Shown piece by piece: positions 1 to 13,352 of a DNA stretch of 64,000 nucleotides. Origin of the DNA: Chlorokybus atmophyticus (lineage: Eukaryota; Plantae; Mesostigma and Chlorokybus algae); NCBI GenBank assembly GCA_009103225.1, contig RHPI01000810.1, positions 1,123,853 to 1,187,852 of the forward strand, in the 5' to 3' direction. Under the pieces are notes generated by a model. It was given only the letters and a program-made list of their open reading frames with translations, was not told the DNA's origin and made no database searches. Made by a program: the position numbers and the translations under genes. Numbering within the stretch: position 1 is the first letter of the stretch; the number at the start of each line of letters is the position of its first letter.

Positions 1-1064
1 CGGGAGTGCTACACCATCAACCGTCTCCATCGGCTCTGACCTTGGCTGCAAGTACACGCGCACATTATTAACTCAAGCATGCGTGCAACTTGACAGTAGA
101 CCACATGCATGCCGTAAAAGGAAGTTTAAACATACCTTGGCAAACTGCCCTGCCATTCTGCCAATCTTGACAACGGGAACACTACCACCAAACATCAACA
201 CAACGCTCATCTGTTGAACCAACTCTTGCGTCAACAGATGTGCAGACAGTCACGGGTTGCTGTGCTTAACAGTAACAGTGCGTGTGCAACAGGTAGCCAC
301 ACCTGCAGCAAAACCCTGAAAGAGTCTCTGATGTTGTCAGCGCAGAACTCGGCGAAGCTCTCAGCGCAGTCTCCGCCCTGCAGAATGAATGCTTTGCCAG
401 CCGCGGCCTGAGCAATCCCTTCTTGCAGCTTGCGAGCTTCACCAGCGAAAACCAACGGCGGATACTTCCTTAGTGTTTGCAGCGCTGTTGCGACAGCTTC
501 TTGATCCCTGCATGCAAACTAGCATGTCAAAAGCTCACAACGAAAACGCACGCTGTGCTGTGTGCATTGCCAACCAGTTGCGCGATTTGCTACAGGCATG
601 ACTTGTAGCTCACAACTAGCGTGCGAGCATGCAACGAGCGCTTGCATGCACACTGGGGATCAGAAAAGAACCATTGTGATAGCCACAACTGCTTATCAGC
701 AGGAACGACAGAACGTGTAAGATTGATGTTGCTGACAGACCAAAATGTGGCATGGAAAGCAAGCAAGCAAGCAAGCAAGGGCGGACCTGTAATCAGGCTG
801 CTGCATGGCGGTGCGTTGCTGCCAGCTATCGGGCGCCCATTCCGCGACGTGTCCTGGCTCCCTGAACGCTGGCGGCGTGTGAGACACCTTCTCCTTGAGA
901 TCCTCGGCCTGGGCGCACCTGGCCGGCAGAGGCATGCGCTGGGCGGGCGCACCTGCCCTCCTGCTGGACGACGACGGCCTCAGGGACGACCTGCTGCCCA
1001 CCCTCAGCTGCAGGCCCGCGAGCGACCCCGACATCGCCATGGCAGACGTTGTAGCCACCGCCAT
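1..1064 (-). CDS. DHS: Class II (plant-type) DAHP synthase, plastid-targeted; 5' part only, runs off the window. Exons 1064-787, 507-303, 210-136, 45-<1
   Basis: Spliced translation gives [56 protein letters not shown], the hallmark class II DAHPS motifs. The N-terminus is Ser/Arg/Ala-rich like a transit peptide. GT-AG junctions preserve the frame. Confidence 0.95.
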
Positions 1065-1632
1065 GACCACGCCGACAGCGCCCACCTCCTTGCCGCAACC
1101 TCCTTGCCGCCGCTGCCGCTGCCGCCGCCGAAATGCCCTTTCTGCGATACTGGCAGCCGCGGCGTAGCAACTGGCAGTATTCCGGCGTATTCCACTATGG
1201 TGCCTTCAGATACGTAGAGGTGTAGCCGCGATACCAAAGTATCTGAAGTCATCTCCGTACAATCCAGTACGGGAAGTGTCTGCCAGGCGGCGGCAGCGAC
1301 GGAGGCGCAGGCGGAGGCGGAGGCGGAGGCGTGGTGGTTTACAGCAATTGCTTGACAGCGTGGTCAAGACAGCGAGAAGCCTGTTTGGCGCTGGGGGAGA
1401 CAAGCCAGGCTCCAGGTAAGCTTGCACCGCACAGCGTTCAATCAGCACAACCCCAAAGCGGAGACTTATCCTTGTTTGAAGCTCGATCAGGTTGATGTCT
1501 CTCATCACTTCTTGTCGATGGTTTTGTTTCTTACTTGTAAGCTGGCTGTGTTCCTCATCTTCAGTGTGCATGACAGTGCAGCTTGTGGGAGCGATTCGGC
1601 GCAGTTGCTGCTGCTAAGCAAGCCGCAGCACA
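1065..1632. promoter_or_regulatory. Short divergent intergenic region (putative bidirectional promoter) between DAHPS and MFAP1
   Basis: The start codons face away from each other about 570 bp apart; GGAGGC/GGC repeats lie at about 1287-1330. Promoter function is inferred only. Confidence 0.4.
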
Positions 1633-3938
1633 ATGTCGGCGGCTGCGGTGGCTGCGGCGGCAGCTTCCAACGAGCAGGAGCAACACAAGGGCAGAGTCAG
1701 CGAGGTTAGAGTCAGTATCCTTAAAAACGGAAAATGGAATGGAATTCATGACTCCTCTCATGTGCTTGGTTGGTCATCGTAGTTAGTGGTTACAAGTTAC
1801 GCTGTCAATTGTAGAACTTTCTATACTCACTATGACATCATCAGCTTTGTTGCAAGGGTTTTTTATGTTTATTACTTTTGACTCAAACTGTTGTGTCCTG
1901 CATGTTACGGCTGCCTTCTTCTTCATCTTCCCGTTTCTTGTTTTGGTTGTGCCCTGTTTCAGACAAGCGACACATGGTGGAAGTCTGTTTGGTTGCTTAA
2001 CTTTAATGTTAGTTGCCACAAGCATTGTGTTGTTTGCTTGTTACCCTTAACCGGCGACCAGAGCGTTACTGGCCGGGAAAGGCGCCAGATTGGGCCGGTG
2101 ACGAGTCAGATGAAGAGCCAGGTGAGCTTATGGTTGTGTAGTTAGCTCAGGCAGCATGCAACTTAGAATTTATGCATGGAGTTGTTAAAATTGCCACGAG
2201 TGTCCAACTCTAACACATGTGAGCTCACTGAACAACTGCTGTGCAGAGGCTTTGGCTCCCCAGCAAAAAGCAGAGGCTCCAGGCTATGACAGGTGAGCCT
2301 GGCATTTCTGCTGGCAGCACTTCGCACTACACACTACAAACTGCACATCCCAAGTCTTTTCCTTCGTATGACACTCATGTCACACCTGCTACTGGCATTG
2401 CAGGAAGGATGCACGGTTGGAACGCATCGCGGAGAGCAGGAAAGAACGCCAGGATGCTATTGCAAGGCACAGAGAAATTCGTGCTGCAGAGGTATGGACA
2501 TGTACTTTACCCTAGTGAAATACACACGACTGCTGATTGTTAACACACTACCTTGGCCTTGCGCAGGTTATCTCCACAGAAGCTCGTGAGGAAGCCGAAG
2601 CCGAGTTGAGAGCTGCGCAAGCAGAGCGCTCGCAACCCGCTGCTGAAGAAGATGAGGACGAGGACACAGTAGAAGCCAGGAGAGCGCGCGCTAGGGAAAG
2701 GCAAGTCCTTTCTCTTGCATGAATGTCAGACTGGGTTGAGCTGCTGAGCTATTATGTGACAATATATACAATTGCAGGTATTTGCAGCAAAAGCGGCAGG
2801 AGGCAGAGCTGCTTGCTACTGCGGGAGCTGAGGAAGAGGACGAGGCGGAGGAGGAGGAAGAGGAGTCAGAGTATGAAACAGACTCTTCAGAAGAAAATGA
2901 GCGGCTACTGGTCAGACGGCTGTAACTCAATGTGTCTTGCATCAGTTGGTCTGCTTGCGACCTGATACAAGTGTCCACTTGCAGGTGAAGCCAGTTTTTG
3001 TACCAAAAGCAGAGAGGGAAACTATTGCTGAGCGAGAAAAGTTTGAGGCTGAAGAGAGGGAGCGGTTGCAAAAAGAAAAGGAGTTGGCCCTGAAACGCAA
3101 GGTCAGTTGCTTGGAGTACAGTATTCAATGATCTGTGCATACCTATACACTACCAAGTGCCAGTGAAAAGTTGTCAATTGCATTGTTAATTCAACTTGCA
3201 ATCACTGTGCAACAGGAAGAAACGCGCACGATTGTTGTGGAGATTGCAAGGCAGGAGGCGGAGGCAGCAGCTAATGCCACCGCACGGGAAGCAACATTGT
3301 CAGATGTTGACACAGATGATGAGGCAAATGAAGCTGAGGAATATGAGCTGTGGAAGGTGAGCAAAGTACCTTAGCCTCATTGGTAGGTACTGTGTGGGGT
3401 CATGGGTTCTCACACGCCCTCTACCACACATCAGGTACGGGAGATGGCTAGGATCAAACGGTTTCGCGAGGAGAGGGAGCGTTTGCAGCGAGAGCAGGAG
3501 GAGGTGGAGAAGCTGCGCAACATGACCGAGGAGCAGAGACGAGAATATGAGCGCAAGAATCCCAAGCAGGGGCTCGTCACAGCACAGCGCAAGAAGTGGA
3601 AGTTCCTGCAGAAGTATTACCACAAGGGCGCCTTCTTCCAGGAGGACGCCGATGACACAGCCGGCACTGCTGGCACAGCTGAGATATTCAAGCGGGACTT
3701 CTCGGATGCCACGGGCGAGGACAGGATGGACAAGTCCATCCTGCCCAAGGTCATGCAGGTGAAGCACTTTGGCCGCAGCGGGCGTACAAAGTGGACACAT
3801 CTTGTCGCGGAAGACACCACGTCGTGGGACAACCCGTGGACATTCAATGACCCCCTACGACAAAAGTATACGAACAAGATGGCTGGCATGAAGAACGCGT
3901 TTGACAAACCCAAAGGCAAGAAGTTGTCTCCCCGCTAG
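1633..3938 (+). CDS. MFAP1: Microfibrillar-associated protein 1 (spliceosomal B-complex protein, Spp381/MFAP1); multi-exon, last exon 3434-3938, first exon tentative
   Basis: RYWPGKAPDW at about 2063-2092, acidic middle region, VKPVFVPKAERETI, and the C-terminal KWKFLQKYYHKGAFFQ..MDKSILPKVMQVKHFGRSGRTKWTHLVAEDTT are MFAP1 signatures. Confidence 0.93.
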
Positions 3939-4154
3939 ACCATGCAAGATGCCAGCATGCGGCTGCATGTAATGCAGAGGTAATCGTTGCTCATGACAGT
4001 TGCAGCTATAGCAAAGCCAATGCACGTTGGCAGTGACAGTTGCGCTGTTTGTTTTTCGCACAGCATGCATGCCACAGCCTTCGTACAACAATTTTGCAAT
4101 ACTTGCAAAATGATTTTGATGTTGACTCAAGGCTGACTGTATGAAGCAGCAAAT

Positions 4155-4419
4155 NNNNNNNNNNNNNNNNNNNNNNNNNNNNNNNNNNNNNNNNNNNNNN
4201 NNNNNNNNNNNNNNNNNNNNNNNNNNNNNNNNNNNNNNNNNNNNNNNNNNNNNNNNNNNNNNNNNNNNNNNNNNNNNNNNNNNNNNNNNNNNNNNNNNNN
4301 NNNNNNNNNNNNNNNNNNNNNNNNNNNNNNNNNNNNNNNNNNNNNNNNNNNNNNNNNNNNNNNNNNNNNNNNNNNNNNNNNNNNNNNNNNNNNNNNNNNN
4401 NNNNNNNNNNNNNNNNNNN
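4155..4419. other. Assembly gap (N run)
   Basis: 265 consecutive N, followed by a G-rich edge. Confidence 0.99.
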
Positions 4420-5394
4420 GGGGGAGGGGGGCCATGCATGCATAGCACGCCCATGCATGAGCTCAGCATTATAGCGCTAGTCGGCAACAGCTGGCTGCAA
4501 CGTGTCAGTAGCACAAGCAGCTGTAAGGAGTGATGTCACATTGTACTGCGCAGCGTGAACAGCAGACAGAAGTCCTCTTTGGCTCGGGAGCGTGTTTATT
4601 GCACTTTTGTGCGTAGTCATGTTTGCAAGTATCCAGCAGCACGTCTGTGAAGCTGCAGTTTGCAATCTGCAGCACAGCTGCTGAGTTGCAGTCTGAAGCC
4701 TGCTGGGCCGTGTCGTCTCCTCTATTCCACGGGCTGTCATAAGCAGCAGACAGGACTGCTGGCACCATGAACATGGTGTTGTCCAAGCCAAGACCCTGTG
4801 GTTGAATAAGATTGTGCTGTATGCAAGGCAGGTGGTGACAGGCCTACCCACTAACACTGAAAAATGATCGAACCCTCCTCAATCTCATGGGATGATGACA
4901 GCCACATCGCATGTCTGCGTTCTTGGTCCAATTACTACCGATAACACACCGCGGACCACCGTGGCGGTCGGTGCAAGTGATGATGGGTCGACCGACGGTC
5001 GGTCACCAACAGTGAAGAGGCTGAAAGTCCTGCTGCAACAGGCCTGATCAGTTCTGTTCAGTGTTGCTCAGCCACTAATGAGACCGATACCTGCCACCGA
5101 CGCCTGCAGCCCTTCGGTCTAGGCCCGCTTCATACGCTGACTACGCAAAGCCGCCAGTACATATGTACCTGGCATGTACAAAACACCGTGCCGCAGCCCG
5201 TACAGCGGTATGTTGTGCTACGTTGCTCCATGCCGGGTTGCAATGTAGTTGCAATGTGGTTGATCTGATGTTATATCTCGCTTCAAGGAGTTGCTGGGCA
5301 AGCACACCATGACAGTTTTATGGTGAACTTGTCCAGCAACTCCAACCTGCCGACCGACCGACTGGTAACACTGACCGGCCGACGCAAAAGCCAC

Positions 5395-5717
5395 CCCCCA
5401 TGTACGCATTGGATCAACCACTTGCTGTCGCGCTGCACGGTACTTACACTGTTCTTGCATGGTCTGGCCCAGGACTCCTGGAGCTTCATGCGACAGGCTC
5501 GCTTGCTTGGCTCAGCAGCTTGCTGCGGCGGGTCCGACAAGGCCACGCCAGTACGAAAAGGCCGCGCGCAGTTTCACAGCCAGCCACCAGCCGGCCTCGC
5601 GTTGCCATCGCCTTGCTTCAACGAATGGCAAGGCGATGGCAACGCACGAGGAAAAGGGCAGAGATCTTGTGGAGAACAATCCCCCGGCATGCTGCGGCTC
5701 AGTCAGAGGACATGTAA
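5395..5717 (+). mobile_element. Possible highly decayed RLE-type non-LTR retrotransposon C-terminal remnant
   Basis: PLAVALHG and RPRVAIALLQR weakly echo the PLAxETxG and RQRVSCxLQRA motifs of the CRE-like copies elsewhere in this window. Confidence 0.25.
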
Positions 5718-5813
5718 GCTTGAACACATGCCTGAGTATCAAACGGCAGGTTTGGGTTGTGTTGCGTCGCCTGTGAGGCTGTGTTGTTGTGTATATGTAC
5801 TTAGCTTGCAAGC

Positions 5814-8673
5814 ATGGCTCCTTCTGTCGGCTCTACAACCCTCTGCTTCCTCCTTCTCTTCCTTGCCGTCGCCACCAGGCCCTTGGCCAATGGTGCGACC
5901 GATGCACTGTCCTTGCTTGTGTCGTGTTGGGCTCACTGTTCTCCCTTGCTTGCTGGCTGTTGGTTTCCTTTGCATGGGTACCTGTGCGCATGTCGCTGCC
6001 ATGGCAGTTTGTCTCAACTGACAGCTGCTTTCGGTGTGGGTGGGTGGGTGTCTCCCAGCGCAAACCTGGCCACCGTCGGAGGATTACGCCACCATCATTG
6101 GGCGCGTGTACTGCGACGCCTGCCAGAACGGCCGCTACGACCCCGGCACCGACTACCCACGCAGCAACGCCGAGGTGCGCACACACTGTCACGACAATAT
6201 TCAATGTTGGCATGTGAATCAACACCACCACAACCGACACAGGTGCTTCTCCAGTGCGAATTCTTAATTAAACAAGACTACGGGGACAACAGCTACCTCA
6301 TTGTGACCAATGTGACGACCTTCACAAACACCGAGGGTCGGTTCAACTTCACGCACCTCGCCGACACAGTGGAGTCCACCGCCGAGCAAGGTAACGAATA
6401 GTATGTTGTGTCCACCCATCTATCCACGCATGACATGCAACTTTGCTTGTAAGTGTGACATCTGCGTGCATAAGCATGAGTACGGGTATGTATGTGTAGT
6501 CACACACGCTCATTAACGCGTGTGCATGTGTACACATACGGGTATATGTGTACATGTGTTGCGCCGTTTGTGTATTCGTGCGCTTGCACACACACATCAA
6601 CTAGTTTGTTGTCAACTCCTTGCAGGATACTCTGATTCGTCATGCTCGGTCTCGGTCATCCGCATGGCTTCGCGCTGCAATGCTCCGTTGTTTTTGTCTG
6701 ATACAGCCTGCAACAACCCGCGCTATAAAGATCTAAAAGGTCTCCGCAAAGGGAAAACGTACAATGCCGACGTGTGCTTTGCTCCAGTCCCCACACCAAA
6801 GAAGTGCAACACCAACACAGCCACAGGTCGACGCTGATCATCATCATCATACCCAGTTAGGGTTTGCTGTTGGTGCTTACCTGTGCGTATGCGCACGCGT
6901 GTGTGTGTGTGTGTGTGTGTGCTCCTATCAAGATTTGCCATTGGTTTTTACTGGTGTGTGCGTGTCTGTGCCCGCGCATGCGTGTGTGCATGTGTGCACG
7001 CGGTTGTGTGCGCCCACATACCTTGTTTGCATCCGCAGGGTGTGCGCGCAGCCTGGTGAGCGTCGTGCAATCCAAGGATGCTACCGATCGCATCATTTAT
7101 GCCATAAAGAACATCTCTCTCAGCAACGAACCCGAGAGCAACCTGTACACCCACGTGACCAGAGCGATACCCGATAGCGATGTTGCGCAGACGGGTCCAG
7201 TCCAAGTCATCAAGGGTGCGCATCCTCGTGTGTGCATGTGTGTGCATGTGCACATGTGCACGGGTGTACAGGCTGCTCGGTTGCGTACTACATATGCAGT
7301 TTGCATGCGCACTCCATCTCTGCTTGTGTGTGTGTGTGTTTCAGACAGACTCTACTGGACGGAGGGTTCGGTTTCATACGCAGATTACCCTCACACCGAG
7401 ACCGAGCGTGTGTTCACAATCTCAGCGACCAACACATCCCGCGAGGCACAGCCGGCATCTCCAGTCTTCAAAACAGTCGAAGATAACTACTTTGGTCCTG
7501 TCAAAAGCTTCGTGTTTTATGGCAAGTGTCCATGCTCGTCAACCAGCACAACTGTCCTGTGAAGTGTGATACGCGTAGGGTATGAACATGTGGGTGTGTG
7601 CAGATGGTGAACGCCAGTTTGTTCTGTGGTGGAACTCGACCAAGGTTTTCAGCACCAACGCCAACTGGCGAGCGACCCCGTCGCTGCTGTACACGCTGAC
7701 CGACGCGCCCGCAGATGACGTCGCACGCCACAGCATCAAGGCAGCAACAGTAGACGACTCAGGTGCAGTAGATGACTCGGGTGCCTGATTCCCTAATATT
7801 GAAGGCATATGCGCACGCACACGCACACATTGACCCCACTACTGATCTGTTGCCATGCAGTTTTGCCCAACGTTGCGTACTGGTTGGAGTACATCACGTA
7901 CTACAGCAGCAAGCCGGACACGTTCTCACTCAAGCGCGGGTTGCTGAATGCCAGCAAGACGAGACTGACCAACATAAAGACCTTCGTGCTGTTCAGGCGA
8001 TCCTCTAGTTTGCTCTTCAGTTTGCTCTTCACCATGGGCCTGCACGTGGACTCCGGTGAGTGTTGCTTGTGTGCAGGTGTGTCGTTGTTGTGCGCGTGAT
8101 GATGAGGTTGGTGTTATTGTCGTTGTCGCAGTTCATGGACGGCTCTACATTGGATACATAACCCGCGCCGAACAGTCCATCATAGCTGTTCGCAACATCC
8201 GCACGGCTGGGCTTGAGGCCATTGCGACGAAGCGAATCGGTGCATTCGTAGACAACTTCTGCATTGACAAATACGCCGGTGAGATTGAGATTATAGCTTG
8301 TGCATCTGTCGGTGCACACTTGATTGTATCTCTATTTGCTGTGTGCGCACTCGCATGTAAGCATGTACATGAGCGTGTGCATGTGCGAAAGGGTCTTTGC
8401 GTGATTGAGCCCACGCGCGTGTGCCTGTGCGTGCGTGTGTTTATTGTGCTTGACCCCAAGTTGTATGCAGATCCACCAGTAATGTACGGCAGCACAGATG
8501 CTATCTCTTCTTCTGTTGAAAGATATGATGTGAATCCATACAAGGCCATTTTCAAGCTGGAACTGGACTTGTCCAACAACACGCACCCGTTGCTTCTTGC
8601 TGGCAATCCGCAGTACATTGGCCCCGTTTCACCATCTGTAGATAATATTGACATACTATACGGTGAGTGCTAA
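5814..8673 (+). CDS. Secreted protein: signal peptide + Pollen Ole e 1-like domain + repeat region resembling a YWTD-like beta-propeller. Exons 5814-5892, 6059-6174, 6243-6390, 6626-6826, 7039-7215, 7345-7521, 7604-7762, 7861-8055, 8132-8278, 8471-8662/8673; 3' end uncertain
   Basis: Hydrophobic N-terminus (MAPSVGSTTLCFLLLFLAVA). IIGRVYCDAC..AEVLLQC..TNTEGRF..CSV..C matches the Ole e 1 Cys pattern. Later exons contain RLYWTEG, AYWLE and RLYIG blade-like motifs. All junctions are in frame. Confidence 0.8.
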
Positions 8674-9608
8674 CTCTATATATATGCCCTATATATATGC
8701 TCTCTATATATAGATGTAATTTAACAGTGGTGTTCCATGTAAAAGCTATACAACCACCCGTAAGGCAGGATGCAAAACAAAAACCTCCTATTCATTCCAA
8801 AACTCCGAGTCGGTTCCCCCTTTGCCCTTTTGAACACTTACACAGTGTGCGGCGCACGGCAACCCTTACATGTTGCACCACAGCCACAGGTGGTGGTTGT
8901 GTACAGGTAATGACGCATGCATGTTGACTAACGGGGCAAGGGCAATAGCGAAGCTAGATAGCTGAGGTTGTATAGGCAGCCCGGTGGTAAAACAAGTTGT
9001 TGCCATATTGGACTGTGCTTGTGCTTGCGTATGTAACAAGGCCGTGCAATGGTGAGTCACATGCACACCATTGCATATATTCTACACATATGGACACCAC
9101 GCACAGCGTGAGAGAGTTTTAAATGGCCGGCGCTTACCATACAATATGTCAATAGCTACATCATAACCCACTCGGCCCCGGTACAACGAGTTGCCATCGG
9201 CGAGCGTGGGCCGCATGGTGTGGTTGCACAGATTCAGCTGCAGCGTATAGATGGCAGCCACACTGATTCAATTATTTTATGATGATCATCGAATATGCCG
9301 GGACGGTCAACGTGCGTCAACGTGCTGCTGTAAGGGATTGGTGGGTCTGCACAGAAGTTGAAACGCTATGTGAAATACACACGCGCGCAGCATGAGATTT
9401 ACACTTTCACACACCCACGCAAGCATGCGCGCGCGCTCGCAGATACATCCTCACATGCACGAAGAAATGCATACCTGGGCACGCACATGCTCGCACCAAC
9501 GTCATCACGATGAGTGAGTATGCACATGCTTACGTCCATAAGCGCACACACCCATGACTTACACGCGCATGAACCCACTCGCTCAGCCTGCTTTGGTGTG
9601 CATCATCT

Positions 9609-10660
9609 TACCAGCATACATGTCGACGGGAGTTGTAGAAGATCGTGCCGAGCGGCTTTGTCACGAGGCGTCAATGCTTAGACGTGCGGGTGTTGCGCAT
9701 AGTCACGATGAACCCGTCACTGTTCACTGAACGTGACGTACCCAACATAGAGCCGTCCGTGAACTGCGACAGCCGCCACTAATCACGTCATCATGCACGC
9801 AGTACTCACCAAAGTCCAGCTGCATGTCGAGCAGCAAACAGGCGGCAGTTTTGCATCTGAACAGCTTGTACGTCTGTCAGTTGGTCAGCCGCGTCTTGTT
9901 GGCATACAGCCACCGGCCCTCGAGTGTGTACGAGTGCAGTCTGCTGCTCGTAGTGATGTGCTCCACCCAATAATCTGTAGCTTTGTAATGGGGGGGCTGC
10001 GCCTTGCGGGATGTGTGCATCGCCGAGATCAAACACAAACACGCGCTCGGTCTTGGGTAAGGGTAAGGGTAAGGGTAAGGGCCCGGGTCTACAACTACGT
10101 GTAGTCCAAAAACACTCCGTCCAGTGCAGGTTAACTGACACGGACATACGTAAGCACGCACGCACACGCACAGACATACATGCACGCGCGCGTACCACAA
10201 CAAGCAGCTCTTTCAATAAGCAGTTGTGCATGCGTGACTGCAGCTGCAGCAAGGGGTGCGCATCGTTGATGACCCACTGCAACGGGTGTCGGTTCGAACA
10301 CCACTCACCAAACTGCGCGCACACCCACCTGCCGATGCAAGCAAGGTAATGCACACACGTGCACGCACATGCACACACGTGCGCGCGCGCTCAGACAGAC
10401 ACGTGCTCGTACGCACATGCACGCATGCGTACGCGCGCATACCCACACACTGATGCTTGGCAGTGACCTTCAGCTGTGGTCGTGGCGCATCGTTTTGGTG
10501 TGCGTATGTCAGTAAAGCACACGTCGGCGTTGTATGTGCGTGCTCGCGTGGAGGGCTCCAAGATGGTCGCGCGGGTTGTTGCAACGCGCAGCCGTACGTG
10601 TGACAGTCACTAGCAGTGCAAGACAGACGCTCTGTGAGGTGGTCATAACCATTTGTCTGG
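9609..10660 (-). pseudogene. Inverted, disabled paralog of the Ole e 1/propeller gene (remnants of exons 4, 5, 6, 8, 9)
   Basis: Aligns to the + gene (CNNPR..TYNADVCF, GCARSLVS, YWVEHIT..NKTRLTN, HGRLYVGY) with matching splice sites. Carries in-frame TGA stops (e.g. 9877-9879), frameshifts and loss of exon 7. Confidence 0.85.
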
Positions 10661-10807
10661 TTGGGTGTGTAAGCACACGCGGATGTAAAGGTCAACATAC
10701 AGCGTACACACCATTGGGCATACCCGTGCGCACGCACACACACACACATGCAGGCGCTTCTGCACAATGAAACACGTGTGTGCATGTGTGTACAATCACA
10801 ACCAACG

Positions 10808-10877
10808 ACGCATGCCATGCATGGACCGGTGGGTGGGTGGGAACACAGCAATGGTCAATTACCATACAACATCGACG
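10808..10877 (+). repeat. 70-bp dispersed repeat, copy 1 (identical to 15999-16068)
   Basis: ACGCATGCCATGCATGGACCGGTGGGTGGG...CATACAACATCGACG read identically at both sites. Confidence 0.9.
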
Positions 10878-12616
10878 AGTTGAGTTTTGAGCATCTACAA
10901 CACTATCTATCGTGGGCGCTGTCACACGAGTTCACTTTGCTCTCACCATTACAGCTTTGTTACATGCTTTGTACTCTTTAATAGCTGTCTTTATAACACA
11001 TATCCACCAGCTACACACCCGCAATACTATTACAAAACATGCTTGCCGCATACCCGGAGTACGCACAACAGTCACATGTAACCCACCTCGCATTTAACTA
11101 TGTGCCTACTTCCATAAGGGATGCTCCCAATCCTTGGACGCAAAATGTACTTCGCATTTACGCACGACAATTCGCACCTGATGGAACACAAACAACCACA
11201 TGATGCCCACATATAGCACACATCGTGAGAACACATGACAGCGTAGATATTGTATGTAGACTTGTCGGGGTTTCATGCAGTAATTGTCACCACTTCAGCC
11301 CAAGTTGCCATTAGATTCATATATGCAATGAGGGTATGTACAACGACTGATTGCGAACCCAACTTTCCCTAAACTCTTCATGTCATTCCCCAATCAATAC
11401 AAAAAATGTTGACACAGACCATGCAGTAGTGTCATGTACTTTTCAGTATCAGCACCCCTCCACTCAATACCAAGAGGCGAGAGGCGCACTGGTGGTCTGC
11501 TACGTGCACTGCCTCAGGCGCTTGCGCCGACCCTGAGGCTTTCTCTGGTTCCGTGGAAGGTCCTACTTGTGTGTTTGTGCTAGGCTGTGCTAGTGGACTG
11601 TTCAGGCAGCGCGTGTGCATGCATGTCCAACAACATATTTCTAAGCATGCTTGAAGGGCATGCGGGCCTTTTTATGATATATATACGTGCATGCATGCAT
11701 GCATCTCAGATATCTATCACAGTAGTGCTGTACTGCTGTGACTAACGCATGCATAGGGTGCATGTAGTTGGGTGCACATTGTATGCATGCACGCCAATAT
11801 GCAGACTTGTGCCATGGCGTGCATGTACGCGTGCGTGTTGACGAATAGGTGAATATGCAACAAAGACTGGAGTGATGTGCAGCATTGGTGGTTCAATGAA
11901 CAGGCGTTCTCCGTTCATTCAGCTGTCAATGCTGCACGCTGCTTCATCGCAATCAGAGACATTATCAATAGTGCACCATGCCTCAAAGACTTAAAACTTG
12001 CAGATGCGGAGTTGCTACAAATGCAAGCAATTATCATCGCAACCTCTGTCACTAGCAAGCCACTCCGCGAGGTTCAATACAAAAAGTCATTGTCAAAACA
12101 ATATACAATATACAATTTTGAGTGTATTGACATAACCATTATGCTTTTGTCAATGCCAACTTTGCATAAAGAATGCACGTTTTTTAATGCAATGCAATTG
12201 GTTAACTCGACAAGCTTGAGTCGACAAGTGTAATATCGGCGCCTTCACCACTAGGCTATAGCAGCAAAAGTCGCTGTCATAGGACGAGCCACATGCTATA
12301 TAACCATGTCCCATACCATGGTATGACAGCTCAAGTTAAGCAACTTTCGTGTGTACTTGCAAGTAAACATGCGATAGAATTGTGCGCTTTGTAATAGCAT
12401 TTTACGATGGCTATGTGCATTACATATTTTAAGATGTTGAACATATTTACAGTGGCAGCCATTGAATGTTATTAGCTTCACTTATATCATTATAAAGTTA
12501 TATGAAGATCACATATAAAGCAATTATGGCATCATTATCAAGTTTAAAACTTGTTACAAAACATACTAAAATACATCAGCTAAACCGAGTGACCAGTCAA
12601 GGGCTATGTATTATGC

Positions 12617-13352
12617 ATATATATGTATATATATACATATATACATATATGTATATATATATATACATATATATATATACATATATATATGTGTGTATAT
12701 ACATACATCGTATTTACTCTGATGGAGCCCCCCCCCCCCCCCCCCNNNNNNNNNNNNNNNNNNNNNNNNNNNNNNNNNNNNNNNNNNNNNNNNNNNNNNN
12801 NNNNNNNNNNNNNNNNNNNNNNNNNNNNNNNNNNNNNNNNNNNNNNNNNNNNNNNNNNNNNNNNNNNNNNNNNNNNNNNNNNNNNNNNNNNNNNNNNNNN
12901 NNNNNNNNNNNNNNNNNNNNNNNNNNNNNNNNNNNNNNNNNNNNNNNNNNNNNNNNNNNNNNNNNNNNNNNNNNNNNNNNNNNNNNNNNNNNNNNNNNNN
13001 NNNNNNNNNNNNNNNNNNNNNNNNNNNNNNNNNNNNNNNNNNNNNNNNNNNNNNNNNNNNNNNNNNNNNNNNNNNNNNNNNNNNNNNNNNNNNNNNNNNN
13101 NNNNNNNNNNNNNNNNNNNNNNNNNNNNNNNNNNNNNNNNNNNNNNNNNNNNNNNNNNNNNNNNNNNNNNNNNNNNNNNNNNNNNNNNNNNNNNNNNNNN
13201 NNNNNNNNNNNNNNNNNNNNNNNNNNNNNNNNNNNNNNNNNNNNNNNNNNNNNNNNNNNNNNNNNNNNNNNNNNNNNNNNNNNNNNNNNNNNNNNNNNNN
13301 NNNNNNNNNNNNNNNNNNNNNNNNNATATATATATATATATATATATATATG
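12617..13352. repeat. (AT)n/(ATAC) microsatellite flanking a 580-N assembly gap (12746-13325), with poly-C at the left edge
   Basis: Read directly from the sequence. Confidence 0.97.

Noticed and set aside
10055-10081. Interstitial telomere-like or G-quadruplex (GGGTAA)n
   Set aside because: It aligns to the TTACCC (Tyr-Pro) codons of the parent gene; a slippage expansion inside a pseudogene.
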